NCBI RefSeq assembly: GCF_006345805.1 | Contig: NC_043010.1 | Location: 10,912,001-10,976,000 of the forward strand | From: Octopus sinensis | Taxonomy: Eukaryota | Direction of reading: 5' to 3' | Length of the DNA: 64,000 nt | Shown: positions 39,662-55,111 of the stretch, piece after piece | Numbering within the stretch: the first letter of the stretch is position 1 | Layout: the number at the start of each line of letters is the position of its first letter | The notes under the pieces: generated by a model | The model's database searches: none | The model's input: the letters and a program-made list of their open reading frames with translations, nothing else | What the model was told of the DNA's origin: nothing | Program-made: the position numbers and the translations under genes

Positions 39662-40651
39662 ACGTCCGTTCTCCATGCTAGCATGGGTTGGACGGTTCGA
39701 CAGGGGATCTGGGAAAGCCAAAAGGTTGCACCAGGCTCCAGTCTTATCTGGCAGTGTTCCTACAGCTGATGCCCTTCCTAACGCCAACCACACCGTGAGT
39801 GTAGTGGGTGCTTTTTATATTTAAAGTAATTCAAAGAAACACAGAGCATCTCTAAATAAATTCAGTAACGAAAGGGTTAAGATCTTCAGGCATGATGGAA
39901 CTGCCATCATCACCCAGTTAATGCTAATCTGTGGTTAAACAACAATAATAACAACAACGGTTAGAGTAATAACTTTGAGGATGAATAGAATCTAAATGTT
40001 GATAAAACCAATGGTGATGGACTCCCCTGTAGACAATGACACATGAGTGTTGGGTTTCTGCTGAATGGATTTGCATGTGCTTTGTATTAGTACACTCCCC
40101 CTGTCAAATTGACATTGACTGTAGAGGTGCACAAGTGTGCCACGTGTCAGATGACGAAACAATTGTAGAGCAACATGAAATAATGTGTTTTGCTCAAGAA
40201 CACAACGTCGTGCAGCTCGGTCCAGGAATCGCACATTATGAACTAGTGATCATTTCTCTCTTCTCTCTCTTTTCCTTGTTTCAGTCATTTTGACTGCGGC
40301 CATGCTGGAGCACCGCCTTTAACCGAGCAACACTCGACCCGGGACTTATTCTTTTGTAAGCCCAGTACTCATTCTATCGGCCTCTTTTTGCCGAACCGCT
40401 AAGTGACGGGGAATCATGAGTGCAACACTCAAACCACTTGCTTATATTGCTAATTATGAAGATGATGATGATTATGATGATGATGATGATGAAAATGAAC
40501 ACGACAAATATTATTGGTATTACAATTGTCACCATTGCTGTTGTCATCAATACTCAAAGTACAATTAAGACGGCAAGTATGTGGTGGTGGTGGTGGTGGT
40601 GGCAGCAGTGGTTGCAGTAGTAGTAGTAGTAGTAGTAGTAGAGTAGTAGTA

Positions 40652-40723
<72 letters not shown>

Positions 40724-41182
40724 TTTGTCGCAACAATAGGATAAATAATGGCAATGAAGAGTAAAAGAAATAATAGAAAAGAAAAAAAATGCGAATGTTT
40801 GCATTTGGTGGGTTTGAAATTAATCTTGGTTCCTACAAGAAAGTTTGGTTAATTTCTTTTCAGGAATGATAATCTGAAAAAGTGCGTTGGTGAGACGCAC
40901 AGACATTGATCTAAAATAACATTTCCAAAAGATACAGAGCAGCTAAATAGGCAGATTGTCAAACCTGTTCTAACACCATGGCAGCTTGGGAGAGATTGCA
41001 TTGTTCCGAAGACACATGAGCAATGCTTGCTAATCTCCAGGAGAATGTGTACATACATATATATACATGGATACACACACATATATATATATTCATTGCA
41101 CACATATATACACATATGCACACACATATGTATGTAGGTATATAGGTATATATGTGAGAGAAAGAGAGAGAATGGCACACAA

Positions 41183-41232
<50 letters not shown>

Positions 41233-41247
41233 ATATACATGTATATA

Positions 41248-41286
<39 letters not shown>

Positions 41287-41332
41287 ATATCTATATATAT
41301 ATATTATATATATATATATATACATGTATATA

Positions 41333-41379
<47 letters not shown>

Positions 41380-41396
41380 ATATCTATATATATATG

Positions 41397-41428
<32 letters not shown>

Positions 41429-41540
41429 TATACATACATATATTTGTAATAATATACATATGTACATATACAGGTACATATGTTTATAGATATACAAATA
41501 TATATAAATAAATAAACATATATATATATGTATGTATGTA

Positions 41541-41578
<38 letters not shown>

Positions 41579-42298
41579 ATAATAATATATATAGGTGCAT
41601 ACATAAAAATATAAAACCTTTATCTCAGCTGTTCATGTTACAGCACTAACAACTCTGTTATTTTGCTGAACCGGCTTATAGATTTTTTTTTACAATGATA
41701 AAAAGAAAATGAAATCCTAACAGATACAATAATAAGAAACAATAATAATAATAACACTAACAACAACAACAACAACAACAACACCAGCAACAACAATGTA
41801 AACGACAACACTGAAATGAAGAAATAAAGAAACAAAACAAAACAAAACAAAACAAGCGATATACAAGAACTACAAAAAAAATAACAAAACACTATTAGTG
41901 GAAACGAAAAATAGTATAATTTAATACTAAGGCAGCCTGAAAGAAGTGACAATTCGTTGCCGCTTACCTACCACCATCTGCATTGTGTTCACACCTGAGC
42001 TCAATAAAGATTTTTACCTTTTTCTTACACTTCTCTAATATCAATTCTCTACTTGGCTGTGGAATTCAAGGATATGACTTCCTGTTTCCCCTATATCACA
42101 GGTATGATTCAAAGTACAGTTTAAAACCAATACGTATATATATATATATATGTATATATGTTATATATATTATATATATGTATATATATTATATATATAT
42201 ATATGTATATATATATAAATATATATATAATATGTATATATATATATATGTGTGTGTATATATGTATATATATATACATATACATATACATATACATG

Positions 42299-42346
<48 letters not shown>

Positions 42347-43405
42347 CATATGTATATATATATGTATGTTATATGTATATATATATAATATACTCACACA
42401 CAGACTCATGTATATATACACCCATATACATGCGTGTGCGTGTATATATACCAAGTAAAACATGATCACAAAAATACTGATATATGTGACTGTGTGTGCA
42501 TATGTGTCACATGTAAATATACATACATACACCCACACGTACATGTGCATACATATATAAAAGTATGTATGTATGTATGTATGTATGTATGTATGTATGT
42601 ATATAATATGCATGTATATGTAGATGATACAGACATACAGAGGTCATGGCTACCATACTTAAAGCTTAATGTAGTACACTTCCTTACACCTTTATATGTG
42701 TATGTATATGCGTTTGGATATATGTGTGTGTGTGTGTGTATGTGTATGCGTGTGTGTGTATATATTTATATATACACATATGTGTGTTTCCATGCAGTGA
42801 TATATGCAGCATGTGTAAAGGAAGGCAAGAATTGGTTCAGACAAGCTGGAGTGTTACTTTATACATTTATATGTAAGTAGATGACACCTATGTATTTGTG
42901 CACGTGCACACACAGACACACAAACATATACACAGAGCTACATACACATGCATACACACATGTATACACTCGCCCACGTGTGCAGATGCATATATATATA
43001 TATATATGGTAAGGTATATATATAAATGGTAAGATATATGTATATATATATTTTGTTTGTTTTTGTTTGTTTTTCGTTTTTCCAGTTGTGGCCATGCTGG
43101 GGCACCGCCATTGTGGTGAAAGAGTACAGCAGGAATCACCACCCCCTGCCGGAGCCTCGTAGAGCTTTTAGGTGTTTTCGCTCAATAAACACACACAACG
43201 CCCAGTCTGAGTCTGAGAATCGAAACCGCGATCCTGCGACCGCGAGTCCGCTGCCCTAACCACTAGGCCATTGCGCCTATACATATATATACAAATATAT
43301 ACAAATATATATATTTGAAACACTTTATAATTGGTTGCCTTTCTCAAAGTTAACCCTTGTTGTCAAAAGTTCAGTCAAGTGCATTTAGCTTAACTCCTGA
43401 AAAAT

Positions 43406-43406
<1 letters not shown>

Positions 43407-43477
<71 letters not shown>

Positions 43478-43666
43478 AAACTCACGCACTCACGCACACT
43501 CACACACACACACGCACACACACACACTCACACACACACAAACTCACGCGCACCCACGCACTCACCACACACACACCACACACACAAAACACCAAACACA
43601 CAAACACACAAACTCACGCACTCACACACACTCACACACACCACGCACACACAAACTCACGCGCAC

Positions 43667-43714
<48 letters not shown>

Positions 43715-43769
43715 AAACTCACGCACTCACACACACTCACACACACACACACACACACAAACTCACGCA

Positions 43770-43804
<35 letters not shown>

Positions 43805-43974
43805 CCCACAAACTCACGCACTCACACACACACACACACTCACACACACACACGCAACACACAAACTCACGCACACACACGCACTCACAACACTCACACA
43901 CACACGCACACACAACACACACACACACCACACAAAAACACACAAACTCACGCACTCACACACATCAAACACAC

Positions 43975-44013
<39 letters not shown>

Positions 44014-44310
44014 ACACACACACAAACACACAAACTCACGCACTCACACACACTCACACACACACCACACACACAAACTCACGCACTCACACACACACAC
44101 ACACACACACCACACACACAAACTCACGCACTCACACACACTCAAACACACACACAAACCCACAAAACCCACAAACTCACACACGCACTCACACACACAC
44201 ACACACTCACACACACACACGCACACACAAACTCACGCGCACACACGCACTCACACACACTCACACACACACACGCACACACAAACTCACGCACACACAC
44301 GTATGCACAC
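43407..44310. repeat. Complex (CA)n satellite with recurring caaactcacgcact
   Basis: Direct inspection. Confidence 0.95.
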
Positions 44311-44614
44311 ATTAACAAGCTTGTTTGTGTTTGTGTGTGAATTACACATTTATTCATTTAAGGATGACAGCTGGTTGAATGAGTGTCAAGTAATCTAAGT
44401 TTAAAGAATGCAACAGAAGAAGATGGAGAAGAAGAATACATGATGAAGGGTGATCTCGGGATGCTGAACTTCGTGAAGGGGATGACAAGGGACCATAATA
44501 AGTAGTGAAACACTGTGATGGAGGAGACTCAACCAATGCATGTTTACATGGAGGGATACCAGATATAAGGTTGATGATGACAATGATGCTGATGATGAAG
44601 ACAACAATACAAAT

Positions 44615-44698
44615 ACATGCATACATGCATACATAATACATGCATGCATGCATACATACATACATACATACATGCATACATACATACATACATGCATG

Positions 44699-44730
<32 letters not shown>

Positions 44731-45250
44731 CGTACATACATACATACATACATACATACATACATACATGCATGCATACATGCATTCATACATACATACA
44801 TACATACATGCATACATGCATGCATACATACATTCATACATACGTACATACATACATGCATACATTCATACATACATACATATATGCATACATGCATACA
44901 TACGTACATACATACATACATACATGCATACATACATACATGCATACATACATACATACATACATACATGCATACATGCATACATACATGCATACATACA
45001 TACATACATACATACATACATACATGCATACATACATGCATACATACATACATACATTCATACATACATACATACATGCATGCATACATACATACATGCA
45101 TGTATGCATACGTACATTCATGCATACATGCATACATACATGCATACATACATGCATACATACATGCATACATTCATACATACGTACATACATGCATACA
45201 TACATGCATACATACATACGTACATATTACATGCATACATACATACATAC
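44615..45250. repeat. (CATA/CATG)n microsatellite
   Basis: Direct inspection. Confidence 0.95.
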
Positions 45251-45676
45251 AGATACAAACATATACACATAGAAACCTACATGTGTTTTAATGTTTTGTG
45301 TTGACAGGCCCTCAGTAATTTCTCCATTGTTATTGTGATCGTCATCGTCATCATCACTTTCATCTAGATATCATCTTCTCACTATTCTTCCTCTTTCCCC
45401 TCGTAATCCTTCTCCTCTTTGTCTTCATCCTCATCGTCATCACCATCATCATCATCGTTATCACTCTTGTCCTTCTCCGCGTTCCCTTTCTCATCATCAT
45501 CATCCTCATCAACCTCATCCTCCTCATCATCATCATCATCATCGTCATCCTCAGCACCACCACCAACTCCACCCACCCCTCTAGCTCTTCTTCCTCTTTT
45601 TCTTCTTTATCTCTTTTCTCCTCTTCGTCTTCCTCTGCTTCTTCTCCTTCTTCCTCCTCCCCATCACCATCATCAC

Positions 45677-45729
<53 letters not shown>

Positions 45730-46187
45730 GCATCATCATCATCATCCTTTTCAGGTCTTCCTGTTTCATCATTCATACATCTCATTGCTAACACTGGGAA
45801 ACGCATCTTTTGACCTGCTGGGCAAAACAGCAAAATCTTCTCCAAATCATACCCAATCATTATCTTAAATATGGAAAAGTCTCTTTAGATAATGAAGTTC
45901 AATATAGCCCTACACATTTGAGAGAAAGTCATGGATGGAATATCAATTTGTTCCCCGCTGACTTGGAACCAAACAACAACAGCAACAACAACAACAATTG
46001 CTCCATCTTCATCTGTTATCTTTTACTTGTGGATTGTCAAAAGTTCCACTGGAACTTTTGACAATCCACAAGGATTAAGGACAATACATCACACAAGGGC
46101 TATCTCTGAACTACATACATACATGCATATATCCATTCATGCATATATGCATGCATACATACATATATACATATACATACATACATG

Positions 46188-46535
46188 CATCATCATCATC
46201 ATCATCGTTTAACGTCCATTTTCCGCGCTAGCACGGGTTGGACGGTTCGACAAGGGTCTAGGAAGCCAGGGGCTGCACCAGACTCCAGTCTTATCTGGCA
46301 GTGTTTCTACAGTTGGATGCCCTTCCTAACGCCAACCACTCCGCGAGTGTAGTGGGTGCTTTTTATGTGCCACCTGCACAGGTGCCAGGGGAGTCTGGCA
46401 TCAGCCACGATCGGTTGGTGCTTTTAACGTGCCATGGCACGGAAGCCAGTCAAGGTGGAGCTGGCATCGGCCACGTTCGGATGGTGCTTTTTATGTGCCA
46501 CCGGCACAGAAGCCAGTCGAGGCGGCGCTGGCATC
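46188..46535 (-). mobile_element. Retroposon family C
   Basis: Match to family C, with about 3 internal units. Confidence 0.75.
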
Positions 46536-46735
46536 AGCATACATGCATTCACACACACACACATTGGATTATGGCCATGCTGGGGTACTGCCATAAAGGG
46601 TTTTAGTTGAGCAAATCAAACTGAGTACATATTTTTTGGAGGTGAAATGTTATTGATTATATGTATTTGCTCAAGCAGCAAACATAAGATGGCTGAGTAG
46701 ACCTGAGGTCTAAAAAGATAAATAAATAAAATATA

Positions 46736-47130
46736 GGCGCAGGAGTGGCTGTGTGGTAAGTAGCTTGCTAACCAACCACATGGTCCCAGTTTCAGTCCCA
46801 CTGCGTGGCATCTTGGGCAAGTGTCTTCTGCTATAGCCCTGGGCCGACCAATGCCTTGTGAGTGGATTTGGTAGACGGAAACTGAAAGAAGCCTGTCCTA
46901 TATATGTATATATATATATATATGCGTGTATATGTGTTTGTGTGTCTGTGTTTGTCCCCCTGGTGTGTTTACGTCCCCATCACTTAGCGGTTCAGCAAAA
47001 GAGACCGATAGAATAAGTACTGGGCTTACAAAGAATAAGTCCCGGGGTCGATTTGCTCGACTAAAAGGCAGTGCTCCAGCATGGCCGCAGTCAAATGACT
47101 GAAACAAGTAAAAGAGAGTAAAAAAGAGTA
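46736..47130 (+). mobile_element. SINE family A, full-length
   Basis: Near-identical to 20239-20645, with a small internal deletion. Confidence 0.85.
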
Positions 47131-47978
47131 TAGCAAAAATGAAAATAAAAATTAAAAAAACATGATTTTACACTTTTGCTTCATGATCAGGTGTGTGTTG
47201 AAACTGCAGAAAGTGGGTTATAGAGCTCTCTCTATCTATGTAAAGAAATAGTCCAACAATAAGCAAATATTCAAATTTTCAATTCCCTTCCCACCCATTC
47301 CTGCACAGTTAAAAATAAAGAAAAATGGATGCGAAACAGAAAAAAAACCAAAAAAAAACATAGATAAATGAAAATGAAAATTAAAAAAAAACAACAACAT
47401 ACATTTTCCAAAACCAACAAGATAAGGTAAGTGAATGGAAATAAAAATTGTTTGCCAAAGCTGTGGAATGTTGAACACAAAAATTTTTTTTTCCATAATA
47501 TTTACAAACATTATAATGAGTATTTACATTGTATCAAAATGCAATTACATTTCCCCAAATACAATTCATTTCACATCATTTAATTCTTGTCTCTCATCTT
47601 ACATTGAATAAACACCATAGAATTTGTATATAAATCACTTTGACTTAAAACTATATTATTAAGTAAAACCACAGCAGTTGTTTTGCATAAATAATTTATT
47701 TTAATTTAACCATTGCAGCTGTTCTAGCTTAACTTATGATGACCAATGTTACAAAATAATCTTATTTTTTCTGCTTTTGCTTTTAATTAAATATTTAATC
47801 ATATTAGATGAAACTGGTTTATATAAACCATCATAGTCATTTCAAACAAACTATTGTTATTTTGTTAAAAACTTTATACATATGATAACATATACATATG
47901 CATATGTATATATATATATATGCATACATATATATATATTATATATATATATATGCATACATATATATATATATACAC

Positions 47979-48020
<42 letters not shown>

Positions 48021-48138
48021 ATATATACATATATATATATATACATATAATATATATATACACATATATATTTTTTTTAATTTTTAAAAAACTTTTTATC
48101 TAGTTTCAGATCACGAGCTGTGGCCATGCTGGGGCACC

Positions 48139-48171
<33 letters not shown>

Positions 48172-48261
48172 CATGCATATATATAATCTATATGTATATA
48201 AAATATATATGCATCATCATCATCATCATCATCATCACTTAATGTTCCCTTTCAATGCCAG

Positions 48262-48294
<33 letters not shown>

Positions 48295-48383
48295 TATATA
48301 GCGTGTGTGTGTGTGTGTGTGCATGCATGTGTGTGTTCCTGTATTAGAATTTTAGATCTCTGTAGCAGAACACAATGAAGTGT

Positions 48384-48479
48384 TTCCCTGATGATCTATT
48401 GCAGTTAAGCATCCATATGCACTTGGAATAATTCAATGCTGAGTTCCTGATAACTGCAATGGTGAAATGTATGTTGGAA
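48384..48479 (+). ncRNA. Type I hammerhead ribozyme
   Basis: Stem I UUCC/GGAA; CUGAUGA 48388-48394; 12-bp stem II CUAUUGCAGUUA/UAACUGCAAUGG (U-U closing mismatch) plus AGCAU/AUGCU; GAAA 48464-48467; stem III AUGUAUGU (self-complementary with G-U pairs); GUU site. Confidence 0.7.
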
Positions 48480-48542
48480 CTAATATTTATACAGATTTTG
48501 ATCTTAATTTTACACTATGCAATGTGTTTGTGTGTGAGTGCA

Positions 48543-48634
<92 letters not shown>

Positions 48635-49061
48635 GTATACATGTGTATGGATATATGCATGTATGTATGTATGTAGTTCAGAGATATTATATTGTCCTTA
48701 GCCCTTGATATTGGTGGAAATTGAACTCAAGGCTTAAGGGCTCAGAACTAAATACTACGAAGAATTTTTACCTTGCATTTTCAATCCTGCAAATCCATTA
48801 CCATAAATAATAATAATAATAATTATTATTATTATAATAATAATAATCCTTTCTATTATAGGCACAAGTCCTTAAAATTTGGGGCAGGGAGCCAGTCGAT
48901 TAGATACATCCGATACACAACCGGTAATCAATTTATCAACCCCAAATGGTTGAATGGCAAAAATCAACTTTGGTGGAATTTGAAAATTCAGAACATAGAA
49001 ACAGATAAAATATCACTAAGAATTTTGTGCTAACAAATCTGCCACCTCAACCCTACTCCAC

Positions 49062-49215
49062 ATGGAATTACATGGCCAGTTCCACTGTGAAACCAACAAA
49101 TTAAAGGACCTGGAAGCATCATGGAGGTGGCTTAACAAAGGTGACCTAAAAAAGAATAGTGAAAGCCTAATCATCGCTGCCCAAGACCAGGCATTGAATA
49201 CCAACTATAAAAGAA
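49062..49215 (+). mobile_element. Fragment of an R4/Dong-like non-LTR retrotransposon ORF
   Basis: Translates to MELHGQFHCETNKLKDLEASWRWLNKGDLKKNSESLIIAAQDQALNTNYK, matching the LHGQF...SWxWL..GxLK...IxAAQDQAL motif C-terminal to the RT. Confidence 0.7.
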
Positions 49216-49321
49216 TATATACCATATAAGTGCAATGGACTTCTAATATATATATACAAGGCCAGGAATTTATGGTAGGGGGGTTAGTTGATTAAATTAC
49301 ACCTGTACTTAACTGGTACTT

Positions 49322-50133
49322 TATTACCTCCACCTTAGCAAAGGTGGGGTTATTGTTTTCAGTCATGTTTGTTTGTTTGTTAGTTAGTTTGTTCATGAAC
49401 AAGATATATCAAGAACCATTGGATGGATTTGAATGAAACTTTCAGAGATGTCTGACCTCGTGACTGACATGAACTGATTAGATTCTGCGATCAATCCAGT
49501 ATAAGACAAGGACTCTCTCTTTTTTTACTCTTTTACTTGTTTCATTCATTTGACTGTGGCCATGCTGGAGCACCGCCTTTAGTCGAGCAAATCGACCCCG
49601 GGATTTATTCTTTGTAAGCCCAGTACTTATTCTATCGGTCTCTTTTGCCGAACCGCTAAATGACGAGGACGTAAACACACCAGCATCAGCTGTCAAGCAA
49701 TGCTAGGGAGACAAACACAGACATACAAAAAAATGCACACATACATATATATATATATACAACAGGCTTCTTTCAGTTTCCGTATACCAAATCCACTCAC
49801 AAGGCATTAGTCGGCCCGGGGCTATAGCAGAAGACACTTGCTGAAGATGCCACGCAGTGGGATTGAACCCAGAACCATGTGGCTGGTTAGCAAGCTACTT
49901 ACCACACAGCCACTCCTGCGCCTCAGTACAAGACAAGGATACTGGATTATTTTTCCGTTTATTTTCTTTTGCTTAATTTTTGAGAGTGGTTGGGTTCATT
50001 TTTACTATTCTCGTTTGTGAGAGCAGTCAAGCTTATTTCAGATATTCTCATTCTAAAAGTCATCTCTGACTAATCGTTGAGAGGACGCTGGTGTTGCCTT
50101 GGCAAAGGTTTGCGGTCTCTGAGTGTTCTTGTT
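49322..50133 (+). mobile_element. Helentron-associated (DINE-1/HINE-like) element interrupted by a SINE
   Basis: 5' tattacctccacc, then a (GTTT)n tract, 3' ggcaaaggtttgcggtctctgagtgttcttgtt. This subterminal-IR plus microsatellite layout is typical of HINEs. Confidence 0.55.
49513..49923 (-). mobile_element. SINE family A with a 16-bp TSD
   Basis: TSD cagta(t/c)aagacaagga at 49497-49512 and 49924-49939. Confidence 0.88.
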
Positions 50134-51484
50134 TTATATTACTTTTGTTCAGAAAATTTTTTTTTTCAATTTAAAAAACCATGCTGACCTCACCAAGATT
50201 TGACCACAGAATGTAATGAACAGGAATAAATAATGTGAGGTATTTTGTCCAACACACAAATAACTCTGCCTATATTTCACCCCTATTTCGATGAGGACAA
50301 ATTATGGTAAAGTATTTCGTTGCATTTCAGGAGTCATTATGCCAATAAAGACACATGTACTGATTCTATTTCACTTCTTTATTTTTATTTGCTGGTTGTT
50401 AGCCATTTAACCAATTAACTAATTGTATGATTAATAGTATAGTCAATCAGTCATCCAGCTACGTTTGTCAAAATTCTTTCAACCCCGTTTATGGCCTCAT
50501 CAATTATATGCCCTCTCTATCCCAGATCTGCTCCATAATGACTTTTTCATAATGGACTATTCATAATGACCATTTCAAGATGAAACAAAATATATTTCAA
50601 CACACAAGTTCTCAACAATATCTGGCAAATCAGATACAAAATCGAAACACAATAAAGTATGTTTATCAATATTTTTCTATTATTTATGCAGCAAAGTTAC
50701 AACAATGTCTTGTCAATACACTATAATTTATCTCAGTTTTCAAGATGCTTTTAAGCTGGCAAGGGATATTTCTCTTAAGCTTAGACACCCCACCAACATT
50801 TTGGTCCATGACAGTAATATGAGCTAAATAGACTGAGCCAACAAAACAATTGTCGTAGAGTTCTCTATTGTCCGTCTGAACTGTCCTTATCTTCTAATAA
50901 CAACTAGTCAAAAACTTGGGAGACCAGGCTGGTGAGAATTGCGTTGCTAGTGATTGACACAGCACATCACTTCACTACAGTATATGATATAAACCATCAA
51001 ACCTTTGACCTGTCAGCTGACATTCTATCAACCTGACCAGCTGCATCTTGTCGAAATATCAGTCAAAGCAGCACTATGAAGTCCAATGCGTATATATGCA
51101 TCCTGATAAATATTTTACCATCTGCTGAATCCAGTTGATAAGGAATATGGCCTTTAAAGATTCACAACAGAATATTTCTCTTCCTAACATTCAACCAAAA
51201 TAGCAGATATTTTTCATTTCAAATATCCAAACAGAGGAAGCTGTGGATATCAGAGTATTCACAAATATGCCATTCTCAGACTTAGATGCACACACACATG
51301 CATCAACAAACGTATACATAAGTACACACTTACATGCTTTGATACATGAGTATACACACATACGTGTATACTGATAATCTGTCTTTTTTATTCTTATTCT
51401 TTATTTAAATAAAATCAGGTGAATCCTCCAAGAGATGAATGATAAAATGGTTGCCACCTTGCTTACACTTTCTGTTTTTACTCC

Positions 51485-51553
<69 letters not shown>

Positions 51554-51998
51554 TCTCTTCCCTATATTTATTTTGTTGATGTAGATGTATGCACACCTAA
51601 ATGTTTTATACACACATACACACACAGACAGATATATATATACATAACACACATATATGTATGTATGGGTATGTATACACATATATATATATATCTGTGT
51701 GTTTATTTGTATGTGTGTATATATATTATATATATTGAGAGAAAGTGAAAGATTAAGTGTCACATACATACAGAAAAATATTATTCTTACCTTACCTCAC
51801 CCTTTAAAACAGCTGCTGTGCTTTCCTCTATCCTTATTTTTTTTTTCATCCTCTTTATCAATGATATATCCCCCTTTTGCCTGCCCCACACCCCCACACT
51901 CACCCTCACATTTAACTCCACCTCACCCCCCACTCCATTCCTAACAGACCGACCCGAGGCAGTAAACCTACATGCTATATCGACAAAAAACAACAAAA

Positions 51999-52042
<44 letters not shown>

Positions 52043-52677
52043 TTTGTTCAAAAGTCAGCCTCATTAAATTTGTTTCATCAGTTTAAGTGGATCTCGATCT
52101 TCCATACGAAATATCACCCTCCACCTCGCTTCATTCATACATTAAATATGTAAATACATATATGCATGTTTGTTTTGTGTGTGTGTGTGAGTGTGTGCAT
52201 GTGTGTGAAATTGCTCGGGGTTTTTTTCTGTACTTAAATGGGTCTTTGGTTTTTGTCATGAATAGTCAATATATCCAATATATCCAATAGAGAAAATAGA
52301 ATAAATGTTTTAAAATGTCATAATTTCTAGCTTCGTTCTTCTCCCCACTCTAGAGAAAGACAAACCAAACGAAAAAAAAATTATCTTGATATTTCTACAT
52401 ACAGATGAGCTTAGATACACACACACACACACATACATACATACCTTTAGATGCACACACAAACACATACTCACTCTTACACACATACAAACTCTCTTTC
52501 TCACTCATATTTGTATATGTATGAATGAGTATAATATATTTTTGCATATATATATATGTATGTATATATATATATATAAATATATATATATATATGTATA
52601 TGCATACATACATATATGTGTGTGTATCTATGTGTATACACAGATACACACACATACATATACATATATAAACATAG

Positions 52678-52711
<34 letters not shown>

Positions 52712-53181
52712 TGGGTGTGTGAGTATATGTATGTGTATGTATGTACATGTATCATTGAAAATGCCACTAAGCTCCATTAAAAAAAAAAGATTTTTTTTTT
52801 ACCAAGGATTTTTTTTGACATATATCCTTTACAAAAGAAAGACAATAAAAACAAATTTAATAGAAGTGGGGTAAAAAAAAAACAAGCCAAACACTAGTTA
52901 ATAACAGATATACAAATAACTTAATAAATGAATCTATATAGAATAATACAGAGACAAAAGCAAAAACATAAATGCACAAGACGCAACAATATTTAGTTTA
53001 AAATGGAAAAAAACATATAAATTTTTATGACATACCAAAATGCACTATGGCTATATAGAGTAGATGAATGCATTACAGAAAAAAGCTCATCAAACAGAAC
53101 AGAACACGAATTACACTCAATCATAAACGAACATTAATAATATATATTGCAAAAAGGAAAAACAAAAATTAATTAATAAAC

Positions 53182-53218
<37 letters not shown>

Positions 53219-53308
53219 TAATAGCAATAATGATAATAATAGTGCAACAAAAAATTATAAATCTCATCATCTGTATACATATGCAAGTCTATATGCATAT
53301 TTATGTAT

Positions 53309-53341
<33 letters not shown>

Positions 53342-53796
53342 GTTTGTGTGTATGTATATATATATATATAATATATATATGTCTGTGTGTATGTGTGTGT
53401 ATATATACATATATATATATATATTTAAATGTCTGTGTGTGTATATATACATATATTCATATACGTGTGTGTGTGTGTTTATGTGTAGGTTTATGTGTAG
53501 TATAAAATAAAATGCTAAGCCTGCAATCCATTGAATTGAATAATTTCAGATGACTAATGTAATTTAGGAATTCAGAAGCGAATGTATGAAAGTAGTAAAT
53601 TTTCATAGCTATAACTGCTTTGTTGGACATGCATCTGGCCATGATTTTTATAAGTAGCAACCATTTCAACATATGATAGCATAGAACATAAAGAAAAATA
53701 TTTTTTAAAAATTCAAGGAAAATAATTAATCAAGAAGCTACATTGGACAAGACACAGTTACACTGATCCAATATGGGAACACTATATGCCATACCG

Positions 53797-54095
53797 TGGA
53801 GGTGCAATGGCACAGTGGTTAGGGCGGCGGACTTGCGGTCAGAGGATCATGGTTTCGATTCTCAGACTGAGCGTTGTGTGTGTTTATTGAGTGAAAACAC
53901 CTAAAAGCTCCACGAGGTTCCGGTAGGTGATGGTGGTGGTGACCCCTGTTGTACTCTTTTGCCACAACTTTCTCTCACTCTCTCTTCCTGTTTCTTGAGT
54001 AATGCTGTGATGGACTGGTGTCCCGTCCAACTGGGGAGAACACATACAAAACAGAAACCAGGAAACTGGGCCCATGAGCTTGGCTAGGCTTGAAA
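53797..54095 (+). mobile_element. tRNA-derived SINE
   Basis: Same head as 59826-60208 but a different 3' half; atatgccatacc occurs on both flanks. Confidence 0.75.
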
Positions 54096-54413
54096 AGTAC
54101 GAAAGAAGAAGATATGCCATACCAAGGAGTGGACTTGACGACCCAAAGAGAGAACTACTCTTCTGCCCTCCAGCATGCTTTGTTAAGCAAACAGCTGAAT
54201 CTGACCAATTTGAAAACTGCACAGTTCTCCAACGTCTACTTAGATAAGGTTTCTATGGCTGGATACTGTTCTTAACACTATCCACTTTACAAAGTGTACT
54301 GAATGCAATTTTCCTGACACATTTGTGAGGTCACCATGCAACTGAGACAGCCTCTGAATGAACGGAGCCACAACAGAGAGGGAGCTGGTTTATGTTAGTG
54401 GATGAGAGTTTAA

Positions 54414-54633
54414 CACCTTAGCATTCAAACCAATCACATCCAACCTAAATATTCTCTCGCCTTTATGTTCAAACCAGCCAGATCCAGCCTTTTACACCTA
54501 CCCTACAATATCATTCCTATAGTAAGGAGTCACATCAAGGAAATCTCACGGTTATAAGTTAACACATGACTAATTCGAAATGATGTGAATGAATAAGTAT
54601 TACATTTGACAGAGTAATCCGAATACTGAAGTG
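54414..54633. mobile_element. piggyBac-type MITE
   Basis: TTAA on both sides; imperfect TIRs caccttagcattc / gaatactgaagtg; homologous to 22952-23515. Confidence 0.65.
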
Positions 54634-54839
54634 TTAAGGTATGAAAGAAACTCTCATTGTAGAAGAATGGATGGTATCAGCTAGAGAAGAGGTGGAAAGG
54701 GATAAAAATAAAACTGGTGATGAGGTGTTGGGATGTAGAACAAAGCGAAGAGTAATAAGTGGAGACAGAAGAGCAGGAGGTGAGGAGTGTGCTTTCAATA
54801 CTATAAACTTACAAGAAAAGTCAACCCTCACCTCATATA

Positions 54840-54859
54840 TATAGATATAGATAGATAGG

Positions 54860-54890
<31 letters not shown>

Positions 54891-54895
54891 GTAGG

Positions 54896-54970
<75 letters not shown>

Positions 54971-55023
54971 GTAGGTAGATAGATAGATAGGTAGGTAGGT
55001 AGGTAGATAGATAGATAGGTAGG

Positions 55024-55110
<87 letters not shown>
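54840..55110. repeat. (GATA)n microsatellite
   Basis: Direct inspection; another at 62370-62557. Confidence 0.95.

Positions 55111-55111
<1 letters not shown>

Noticed and set aside
40145-40172. cagatgacgaaacaattgta, resembling a hammerhead core with ACAATTGT
   Set aside because: The core reads CAGAUGA, there is no room for stem II, and it lies in a decayed SINE.
40864-40889. Possible plus-strand micro-exon (ttttcAG...GTGAGA)
   Set aside because: No partner exons or recognisable peptide; such signals arise by chance.
43357-45304. Long ORFs (327, 254, 224, 210 aa) rich in H/T/Y/I/C/V/M
   Set aside because: They are translations of (CA)n and (CATA)n microsatellites, which lack stop codons. 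The same applies to the many YIYI, poly-V, poly-D and poly-H ORFs across the window.
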